Assembly: GCF_006345805.1 (NCBI RefSeq)
Contig: NC_043005.1
Span: 87,048,001-87,112,000, forward strand
DNA from: Octopus sinensis
Taxonomy: Eukaryota
Direction of reading: 5' to 3'
Length of the DNA: 64,000 bases
Below the pieces are notes generated by a model. It saw only the letters and a program-made list of their open reading frames with translations, ran no database searches and had not been told where the DNA came from. Every line of letters starts with the position of its first letter. Position 1 is the first letter of the stretch. Both the position numbers and the translations under genes were made by a program. Shown piece after piece: positions 53,680 to 64,000 of the stretch.

Positions 53680-53938
53680 CTCTCGCTCTGTATGTCTGTG
53701 TGTATATATAAGTGCTTGAGTGTGTGCGTGGATGTCTGTGTGCATATGTGTGTATATTATATATGAGTAGCAGCAAGACTATACTTCAGTTATGCGTTAT
53801 AATTTGCGACAGAAAAACTTTGGGAGTTTCCTTAAATCCGTGTTATCGGACACATTTAACTTCTCCCACTCTCAGATACCTTCCGATCGCGGTGTACTTC
53901 CTGAAGTTAATGCTTAGATTATCTCATTCTTTCTAACT

Positions 53939-53975
<37 letters not shown>

Positions 53976-54028
53976 TATAAATCTATCTCTTTCTCATCTC
54001 TCTACCCCTTCTTTCTCTCTCTCTCTTG

Positions 54029-54082
<54 letters not shown>

Positions 54083-54467
54083 TATAAAATTTCTTTTGTG
54101 AATTAAGGCTGCCATTGGCTTTATGTTAAGTACAATTGGAAAATATCCAAGTATCTTAAGATTTTTCAGAGTGACCACATGGTGGACGGAGTTCGCTTCC
54201 ATTTTGGCAATCAATCTCGTTTCGTTCACCAGGAGACTGCTGGTATGAACCAATAGGTCCGCATGTAACACCATAACATACATCTTTTTTCCTCTGGTGA
54301 AATTATGCTCATAGCATATAAATTCAAATTTAATATGCAAATTTGTAATTTAATTATTGAATATTAATAGAAACGGCTGTAAGAAGTAACGACTACCAAT
54401 TTGTAAAGAAATAATTATTAACTGTCTACTCTCCATTTTCTTTTCTTCATTTAGCTGGATATGAACC

Positions 54468-54506
<39 letters not shown>

Positions 54507-54615
54507 AGATAGATATATGTATATATAAGAAATCAAGGTAGGAAAATGCACACAATTTACATAGTTTTAATATAATTTTTAATATATCTTATATTGTGTT
54601 TGCGAACAGATTCGC

Positions 54616-54721
54616 TTTCGGTAACCATAACATTAAAATTTATTTTTAAACGAATTTTCTTAAGAAAAACTCTTCTTAAAAATTCGTATTGAAATAAATT
54701 TTAATGTTATGATTAGCGAAA
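54616..54721. repeat. Imperfect ~50-bp-arm fold-back (MITE-like)
   Basis: TTTCGGTAACCATAACATTAAAATTTATTT... vs ...AAATAAATTTTAATGTTATGATTAGCGAAA; related sequence at 32161-32275. Confidence 0.8.
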
Positions 54722-55333
54722 GTGAAATCGGTCGACAAACATAATATAAGTTATATTCAAAATCATATTAAAACTATATAAAGTGTGTGCTTTTTCCTTC
54801 TTTAATTTCTTATATATATTACAACTCACTACGTGGGGATAATCGAAATTCCCATCTTTTTGTTACCATATATATATATAACCAAAATTAGGGAATGCTG
54901 TAGATAGATTGCAGAGTACATATGTTTCATAGCTATAGGAAACTCAGAAGTAGTAGTTACCCAAATAAGGGGCAGACCGCAAGCTATTCTTCTGGCCAAG
55001 CATACAAAACGCATGTGTAATCTTCATGTAATCACCGTATACTTGGCCTACCCCTGGATTTGATATTCTTCATTCCGTAATTTTTGATGTTTATTCGCAT
55101 GTGCAGCAACCCCAGCTTCTAACCGTGATCTATACAATGACTGTTTTTCAGCTTATCTCTCTTCGAAAAATTTACAACTTTCTGCGCCAAGAAACCGGTA
55201 GTGTTCCTGAAAATTGTTTTTTTTTTCATACATTCTAGGGAGTGCTTGAAGGTCACTAACTTCCTACACCTTGATCCTTGGATCTTACCTCTAAACATAC
55301 TGTCACACAGACACAGACACACACGCAAACACA

Positions 55334-55370
<37 letters not shown>

Positions 55371-55375
55371 GGGCG

Positions 55376-55436
55376 GATAACTGAAGAGATGATGGTGTGG
55401 ATTTCCACCTCGGCATCCGAAACTCAGAGTTTTATC
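55376..55436 (+). ncRNA. Minimal type I hammerhead ribozyme motif
   Basis: GATAA-CTGAAGA-GATG..GTGGA-TT-TCCAC..CATC-C-GAAA-CTCAGAG-TT^TTATC: 5-bp helix I, GUU site, one extra C before GAAA. Confidence 0.7.
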
Positions 55437-55536
55437 TTGGCTACCGAATAATTGTCACATATTATATTTACAGATAAATTCCTCTATTTACATAATATTG
55501 AGGTCTCTTTCAGTTGTTCTCTTACCGTTTTTACCA

Positions 55537-55624
<88 letters not shown>

Positions 55625-57469
55625 CTATATATATATATATATATATATATCTATATATATATATATGTACAATATATATATATTATATATATATATGTGT
55701 GTGTGTGTGTATGTATATATCTATGCATGCATTTATATATGTGGATGTATTTATGGAGATGTGTTAGAATATCTGTGCTCCTGCTATTTTCCCCTATCAT
55801 CCTCTCGCTCTAATCCCCTGACTTGGGCTAATTTTTTTACGTTTGTTCTTTATCTAAAATCAGACTTGATCCTAAAGACGGAAATCTCTAACTTATCATA
55901 ACCGTAATCATACTCGCTCCCCTGCCACGTGCAACACCTCTAGGTTACTCCTGCCTTTGTGTTTATCTTGATTGTTATGGCTGTTATTTTTCTGTAAGAT
56001 GCTATCGCTATTTGTGCCCGCAACGTGTTTTGTTTTTGCAACCAGTCAGACTAAACGAGTATCTATGGTAAAAATCGTGCACCAGAAACCATTTATCAAA
56101 ATTTTTCAGACGTTGTGTATCTAGGCCTAGGTATCCAACGTGGATTTGTCTAAAAGTCTGTAAGATATGATTTGCAGGTTGTTTCAATCTTTATTGAAGG
56201 TCGGATGAGTACAGTTTTTTCCCTAAAGAAAAATAAGTTTGATATTATATTTTGATGCAGGAAATTAAAGAAATATTTTCAAAGATATGTTACTCGATCA
56301 ATTTTGGAATATCTTTGTGGTAAGACATTGATTTTTGCATTAATTTTTTTCTTCGTGTGCTTATGGGTGTGTGAATCAATAAACATACCCAGCGTACGCG
56401 ATAGCGGGTGTGCAGTCGTGTTTCTATAAATGTCTATTGAGTATATACCATTGAAATTAAACGCTTGTACTAGCGTGTTTGTTCAAGTATATTTAAACAG
56501 ATTCTACTTGTGTACAATCCTTATCGATGTGTATCAGAATATGTGATCATGCAATTTTCAATGTGTAATTTTGATGTATGTATATTTGACTAAGATCGTA
56601 CGACTATGATGGTCCGTTTGTGCTGTTATTCATGCGTGTCGACAATTTTTATTACATCTTTTAAAGCCTTCAACTGGAAATATGTGTATAGGCATGTGAT
56701 CTTTTGTAGAGACTACACCTCCTATACGATGATGGGTTTTTAAAAAAAACTATATATGTGTGTCAATTCAATATGTATGTGCGTGATAGGGCTATGTATT
56801 TATGTTCGAGGCTTAGCCTGTTTTTCATGTAAATTTCAAAGTTTTTTTAGTTGCGTTTATAGCTGTGACTATATTTGATGGTGATGACTGTAGCTGTATT
56901 AATGTATAGACTTGGTCTATGTGTATGACTTAATGTAGAGGTAACTGTGTCTGCGTTCGTTAATATCTGTGGATTCAATTTAACTGTGTAATTCGGAAAT
57001 CTGCATTAACATTGTGCAAAATTTTGTTTATGTGCCTATGGTACTGATATTCATTATTTAGCTATGTTTTTCGATCGATCGTGCTAACGGTTGTGGGTGT
57101 ATGAGTTTGTGCGTATTTGGGTATGTATCCGTGGACGTGCCTAAATGGTTGTCTACATACCAAAGCAATACCTTATAAGGACATTGCCATAATCATGTAA
57201 ATATCAGCATGGTTATACATATTTGCATGTGCAGATATGTTTATATCTGCTTCAGCGAAGAGGGTATGATTATAAAAGCGGAGTTTTGATTAAACATGAT
57301 TATACGGGGGATGGATTTTGCTACAGTACACTGGATTCAATTGATTGAAGATTAATGATTAACGTTAATAAAATTGAAAGATTTCTATAATCACAAAGGT
57401 GCGGATTTTATGCTGCGTTTCCAGACTGTTAGGGTTGTATTATCGTAGAATTAATCGTCTGTCTTTACG

Positions 57470-57630
57470 ATCAGAGTTGACTGTATTTACATTCTGAGTT
57501 CAAATTCCGCCGAAGTCAACTTTGCCTTTCATCCTTTCAGGGTCGATAAATTAACTACCAGTTGCGTATTGGCATCGATCTAATCGACTAGCCCCCTCCC
57601 CTAAAATGTCGGGCCTTGTGCCTAGAGTAG
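57470..57630 (+). mobile_element. Partial SINE family A (old tail type)
   Basis: TTCTGAGTTCAAATTCCGCCGAAGTCAACTTTGCCTTTCATCC...GGGCCTTGTGCCTAGAGTAGAAA. Confidence 0.8.
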
Positions 57631-58878
57631 AAAACATTACTGTAGAATTAATTAAAGTAGCTGAACCACTACAAAGAGACGCAGGTTCGAAATTCATTAG
57701 AGAATGTTTTGTTGGTTCTTTTCGTGACAACCGTTTATTCCAGAGGAGATTTTCAAGACATCTCAGGAGGAAGTTATAACTTTTCTTCTGGGAGAAAATA
57801 AAATTAATCAATTTAATATCAAATTCCCAGTTGAATCCATTTTCCCCGAACAAATATTTACAAACCCTAAATATCAATGTTATTTCATTATGATATTAAA
57901 CGACAGCATATATAATAAGCTGCAGTTCTCCAGCAATGTTATACAACGACAATAATATAAATGTCCTCATCTTAGCTTACGGTCTGCCAGCTTTTGCGCT
58001 GCCGGATTATATTTTGTTGCGCAGTAATGCATCTTTGATAATTCCAGCAAGATCACGACATCAGAATATCTATATTTCTAGTTGTATAAATATCAACTCA
58101 GTCAAGAGTGAAGATAAGAATTGTGAGTTGCGAGATAAATTGGATGCGAATTTGTCGAATGTGAGCATAAAGAAAAGAGCTGAGTATCAGAGTAGCGTCT
58201 GCAAACAGTGAATTCATTGACCTCCCTTAGAAATAATCCATCGTAATTATAAGGATTGTTTCTACGAGAACAGTAATGCAGTGTTCGGTCTCAGAAAAAT
58301 ATAACAAGTGACAAGATAATTTTTTGGTAGATAAAAAGGTCTCAGAGAAATATTTAAGATAAATAATGGTTCGGAAGGCAGATGTTATTCAATCAGCAAC
58401 AGAAGAGAAATTACAATAAATCATTGTATATAAGTTGAAGAAAAGTCTGTGGATGACATATGAACGTTCATTTCCTGACCTGAGACTCTACTTTGCATAA
58501 CACTATTGACTGAAACAAATGAAAATTAAGGGATTTTATGAAAATCGAAAAAAAATATTTTGAGTTAGATTTCGGTGATAATTTATCGATGCAACGAAAA
58601 TATTTACGCTCAATTTCAAAAATTTACATAAAAATGTACTCTGAATAAAATAGATTCTGCAACAAAAATGGCGTGAGAAATATATCCTGGTGCGTCGGTT
58701 GAAATTTATAAACACGGCGGGACGAAGCTGAATGTAAATTCTTCAAAATCTTTTTTCCTTAATACGAATACCTGAGACTAATTCCCGTGTAGATTAATGT
58801 GTTTGTTTCTTCAAAAATGTTTTCCAAATGTAAGAGGAACATTTAAATTTTATTACAACTATCGTGGACATTATATAT

Positions 58879-59134
58879 GCCGTGGGCATATGGCGTAGTG
58901 GTTAAGAGTGCGGGCTACTAACCCCAAGATTCCGAGTTCAAATCCAGGCAGTGACCTGAATAATAATGATAATAACAACAACAACAACATCGAAAAATAC
59001 TTCAAGAATGAGAACGCAGGTTCGAAATTTCCCCAAGATACCTGATGAAGGCTGGAGGGTATATCAGTTGAAAAATATCCATCAACTGTAAATAATGTAC
59101 ATAATTCCTCGTCTCTTAATTATATAACTGAACT
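58879..59134 (+). mobile_element. Near full-length tRNA-derived SINE family D
   Basis: A box TGGCGTAGTGG, B box GTTCAAATCC, internal (AAT/AAC)n, CTGATGAAGGCTG...CAG tail with a deletion after GAAA. Confidence 0.88.
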
Positions 59135-59178
59135 AGAGTTTCAATAAATTATGCCACATCTTATTTTCAATATATTAT

Positions 59179-59680
59179 GCGTGGCACCTTGGGAAAATTC
59201 TTCTACTATAGCCTCGGGCCGACCAAAGCCATGAGAGTGTATTTGATAGACGGAAAATGAAAGAATCCTGTCATATATAGGAGTGGCTGTGTGGTAAGTA
59301 GCTTGCTAACCAACCACATGGTTCCGGGTTCAGTCCCACTGCGTGGCATCTTGGGCAAGTGTCTTCTGCTATAGCCCCGCGCCGACTAATGCCTTGTGAG
59401 TGGATTTGGTAGACGAAAACTGAAAGAAGCCTGTCGTATATATGTATATATATATGTGTGTATATGTGTTTGTGTGTCTGTGTTTGTCCCCCTAGCATTG
59501 CTTGACAACCGATGCTGGTGTGTTTACGTCCCGTCACTTAGCGGTTCGGCAAAAGAGACCGATAGAATAAGTACTGGGCTTACAAAGAATAAGTCCCGGG
59601 GTCGATTTGCTCGACTAAAGGCGGTGCTCCAGCATGGCCGCAGTCAAATGACTGAAACAAGTAAAAGAGAGTAAAAGAGA
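59179..59680 (+). mobile_element. Partial plus full-length SINE family B in tandem
   Basis: Partial copy 59179-59278 followed by a complete copy 59279-59680 (reverse complement of 16549-16960). Confidence 0.92.
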
Positions 59681-59692
59681 AAGAGAGAGTAA

Positions 59693-59752
<60 letters not shown>

Positions 59753-60688
59753 ATATAAGAATGTGTGAATGCTATGATGGTAGTAGGATGTTAAATGATC
59801 AAGTGCTCTGAAAGTGACTTGTTGTGGATGGTACTTGTGATTGAATTTTTTAGATATATCTTTTGAATGTATTGTTTATAATATTTGCGTAGGTGTTATT
59901 CTAAACAACAGTAGCAGTAAAGAAAGGGAGGAGGTGGCGGAGAGGAAGATGAAAACGAAGAAGAGAAGGAGGGTAAGAGAAAGAATAATAAAAGATTACG
60001 GGATGGTATGATGATAGTAGGATGTTAAATGGTCAAGTGACCTAAAAGTGACCCTTTATGGATTTTAGCAGTGATTGGGATTGTTTTTAATGAGTTAGGG
60101 GCTAGTGAGTTGTAGGGCACGTTGAAGGCATAAGTCAATTAGTGAAGATGGGTAGTTCCTCGTGATGGGTATATACGTTAGTTCTTGTAGTCGTGTGTCC
60201 CTTGTATTTGCATTAGAAACTATAGTAGATATCCTTTATGCTAGGTTGAAAGGGATATTCATTCTGCTGTGTCTGGGGTGACATGAGCTGAACGGTAGAT
60301 ATTGCTTGGAGTCCGTGGGTTTATAGTATATATTTGTTTCTATTATGTTTTTAGGATTTCTTAATCCAAAACGATGCATTACAAAAACAACCCCGTTAAT
60401 AAAGAAACAAGATACGTATCTGCGACAAACCTTAATCTCTGTTCACAAACGCATAAACATATGCGATATGATTAATGACTTCTGTACCTTATGTCAATAT
60501 GAACCGAGTGTGTTCTAACGTTAACGCATAGACTTCCAAAATGTGAATATATACATCATTGAATGCGGAAACGCGCACGACAGGAATTCTATACGTAACT
60601 CACCGGAAGAAGTACACCTATATGGATCTATCTACAACGCACACACATATTTATATATACATATTAACACATACGCACACATACAAAC

Positions 60689-60759
<71 letters not shown>

Positions 60760-60760
60760 G

Positions 60761-60801
<41 letters not shown>

Positions 60802-61883
60802 TATATAGATATATATACATATGTACATATATATAGAGGGAGAGAGACTGACAGACAGAGAGGGAGAGAGAGCGCGAGAGAAAAATCGTTATTAATCCAA
60901 ACAAGTGGAAGTATGGAAGAAATGAAGTTGAAAATACAGGGAGAATATATTAGAATTAATTAGAATTTAACTATATTTTGAATTATAGGAATTCGTGTTA
61001 CCGGTTTCATATGGGGTTTTCAAAAGTGTATAGCAAATAGCGCTGTGTTGCGAATTATGTCTGACTGTCTTTATAAAAATACTTTGTTTTTAAATTAGGG
61101 ATGTGAATCAGAACGTCATCGGTTAACGTACAGATTGAATGGTCATGAATGGTCAGCTTTCATGAATTTAACTCATGTGGCAGACACGTGAGGGGAGAAT
61201 ATAGAAGTACTTCTCACCTGAATATGTCACATAACAGTTAGAAACGCGAGATATGAATAAGTGATATAATAATCGTTTACATAAAAGTGCAATGGATAAT
61301 TACTGCTTATTATTCTGTCGTAGAATAACATTATCATTTCGTGCTGGTTCACTCTCGTTGAATATGATGAAACATCCTTTCTTTACAAGGTTTGATGTCA
61401 GTCACATAACGAAGTGTGGAGTGAATAAAATAGAGGATGGTCGCTACAAGAATTTTGGCTTTCTTAAGAACGATCCTAAATTGACATTCTACAATAATTA
61501 ATTCATAGAAAAAGGAGAATCTTGCATTGCTGACGTTTTCTATAGCAGCAGCTCCTATTTTTAATAAACAAACATCCCTTATTAATTCTTGTTTTGTTTA
61601 GGGTATTGTTTGCTCGTTGACAGAGTGAGAAGAAATTTGGAAGTTTTGATTTTCGCGCATGTGGCCAAAAGTTAATTGAAAAATGTCCAGTTTTGGGATC
61701 AGGTGTGTGGGGGTGCGTGGGTGTCTGGGTGTGCGTGGGTGTTTGTGTGCTTACGCTCATTCTACTCTATGATAACGAAATCATCTCCTGCATTTAACCA
61801 GTTAACAAATCGATTGTTTGATTAACCAGTATAAACAATCACTCAGTTATTTTTGCCACAGCTCACTCCTCCCTATTCTCAAA

Positions 61884-61983
61884 ACACCTGATGAAGGCTG
61901 GAGGGTATATCAGCCGAAGCGTTGTGTTAGCAACAAACAAGATGAGGACAAATATCCGTCAAATGTAAATAATGTGCATAATA
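61884..61983 (+). mobile_element. 3' tail of SINE family D with near-intact HHR
   Basis: ACAC-CTGATGA-A-GGCTG-GAGGGTATAT-CAGCC-GAAG-C-GTT^GTGT; one core change (A15.1G). Confidence 0.8.
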
Positions 61984-62185
61984 ATGAGCCCTGATGCAGT
62001 ACCAGGCAGTGGCTCACAGTTATTTAGGGTTTAGAGGATTCACCTTTGGAAACATAGGGGTTTCGCTCAACATACTTAAACAACACTTATTCAGGGTCTT
62101 TTTGAGCTGGATGGGTTACTCTTCCTGACGAAAATTCTAATTGGTCTCCACATGCAAGGTTATGTGCTGTTTATCTTCATAAGAG

Positions 62186-62322
62186 ATCACCATGTCGCAC
62201 ACAAATGGTTGTGATGCATGTGCCTGGTGTAGCTTTGTCAGACGAGTAGTCATGATGGGTATACTGGGCTTCGTATATTTTACCCCAGTGTCACTTTGAT
62301 GGCATGCACTGCTCTCTCACTC

Positions 62323-62380
<58 letters not shown>
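62186..62380 (+). repeat. LINE-3'-end-like repeat with (AAT)n tail, copy 1
   Basis: CACCATGTCGC.CACA.ATGGTTGTGATGCATGTGCCT...CTCTC.CTCAATAAT recurs at 62711-62865. Confidence 0.8.
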
Positions 62381-62381
<1 letters not shown>

Positions 62382-62409
62382 TGATAATTAACCGGTTGTA
62401 ATTGAAGAA

Positions 62410-62631
62410 ATACATCGAAGAGGCCAGGGAACAGAAGAAAGAAGAAGAAAGAAGACATGCACCCAACACCAGATCTGAAGACACCTCCGAAAGGGGGGGG
62501 GCTCCACGTCAAAACGGTAGAGGAGTAGGGGCCGAAACCGGACGTGGTTCCTCCTGATGATGTCTTAAGCTAACTGGACTCTATAAAGGAGCTGTTGTGG
62601 TAGCAGACCACGAAACACGGTTGTAATTCCT
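62410..62631 (+). mobile_element. 3'-terminal ~220 bp of the HERO-like element
   Basis: Reverse complement of 35774-35986 with a few substitutions. Confidence 0.9.
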
Positions 62632-62710
62632 CCAGTATGGATGAGGCTTCATTGCTGTTGGAGATACTGTCCAGATGGAAAAGAAACGACTACTAGAATA
62701 TTTACAGAAC

Positions 62711-62865
62711 ACCATGTCGCGCACATATGGTTGTGATGCATGTGCCTTGTGTCCCCTTATCAGACTGGTACTCATGATGGGTATATTGGGTTTCGTATAT
62801 TTGTACCCCAGTATTACTTTCATGACGTATAATGCCCTCTCGCTCAATAATGATAATACTAATAA
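62711..62865 (+). repeat. LINE-3'-end-like repeat with (AAT)n tail, copy 2
   Basis: Diverged direct copy of 62186-62380. Confidence 0.8.
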
Positions 62866-63672
62866 TGGTGCCAATTTCTAGCACAAGTTCAGCAATTACT
62901 GGGCAGGCATAATTGGTTAGTATCAACTCTAGCACACAACATATACTTATTTAATTGACCCCGAAATTATGAAACGCGAAGGTGACCTCGGCAGTCTTTG
63001 GACTCAGAATGTAAAGACGAACTTGGCAATAGCGATTTTGTTGCATGGTTAACGTCTGTGGACGCTCATGTCATTTAGAAGGCCTACGTCAGACGCAGAT
63101 ATCTTTGCAGGTTGCGAAGTCAATTGTTTACCGATTACGGTTGTCTTTTTGTTTGTAAATATGCATGGACATGGATGTATACAATTTGCTCGGCATTTAT
63201 GCTATTCCCTCTTTTCATCTAAAACTTCTTACGAAATTCGGTCGATGGGATTTGATTCTTGCGAGACTTTGTAAAGAAAACTTACCGTTGGAAATGTCTA
63301 TACAACTGTAAAAACACAGTTAAACCAATACTAGGTACGTAGACGATTTTGACAATGAATACACAATTAGTGAGTAATCAACACAGACACACACACACAT
63401 ACACGCGCGAACAATTTCAATTCATTCAAACACACAGAGATGATCGATGACAAAGTTGATAAACTACAGCAAATGTTTATAATTATCAGCCTTACAATAT
63501 ACATTGATAAAAACAAAATGCGCGTGAGTGTGTGCATGTGTGTGTGTGTGTTTGTGTGCACTCTCCAATATAGTGTTATACATAACATTCAACCACACGC
63601 AAGCTACGATATACTCACATGTTTATATGTCTGTGAGTGTGCGCGTGCATGTGTGCGTGTAAGTATGTATGC

Positions 63673-63703
<31 letters not shown>

Positions 63704-63834
63704 CGCGCGTGTGTGTGTGTGTGCGTGTTCATGTATGTATATGTATATGTAAATGTACATACACACTCATTTATAATGTGCAGTTGTAAAGACATGTGTG
63801 TATTTATATATGTATATATATATATATAATATAT

Positions 63835-63904
<70 letters not shown>

Positions 63905-64000
63905 TATATATATATATATATATAAATATATATATATTATATATATATATATAGATAGATAGATAATAGATAGATAGATAGATAGAATGATTGATAGATA

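Noticed and set aside
58879-58955. Possible tRNA gene
   Set aside because: It has A/B boxes but no convincing acceptor stem, and runs directly into a SINE body shared by other copies.
1-64000. CRISPR array, rRNA or prokaryotic operon
   Set aside because: No regularly spaced repeat-spacer units or rRNA-like sequence; composition and repeats are those of an animal nuclear genome.

Overview
AT-rich, microsatellite-saturated eukaryotic DNA. The SINE and LINE repertoire looks like a coleoid cephalopod, most likely Octopus; this is inferred from recalled repeat families, not from a database search. I can identify no host protein-coding gene, and almost all long ORFs in the track are microsatellite translations. 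The real coding remnants are retrotransposons: a 3.5-kb 5'-truncated L1/Tx1-type LINE (APE, RT, CCHC) sitting in a (GATA)n array; two R4/Dong-type RLE 3' ends in (TAA)n arrays plus a decayed R4/Dong-type RT; a HERO-like RLE 3' end nested in a SINE; and CR1 and RTE scraps. At least four tRNA-derived SINE families, MITE-like fold-backs and several local duplications are present. The main hidden signal is a dense set of minimal type I hammerhead ribozyme (HHR) motifs from several families. These include a textbook HHR in a 1.5-unit, ~350-bp tandem repeat (retrozyme-like, 37601-38123), an HHR with an extended helix II in a ~1.03-kb tandem duplication, and a tRNA-headed SINE whose tail is an HHR. 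All structures were paired by eye; no folding or homology search was run.
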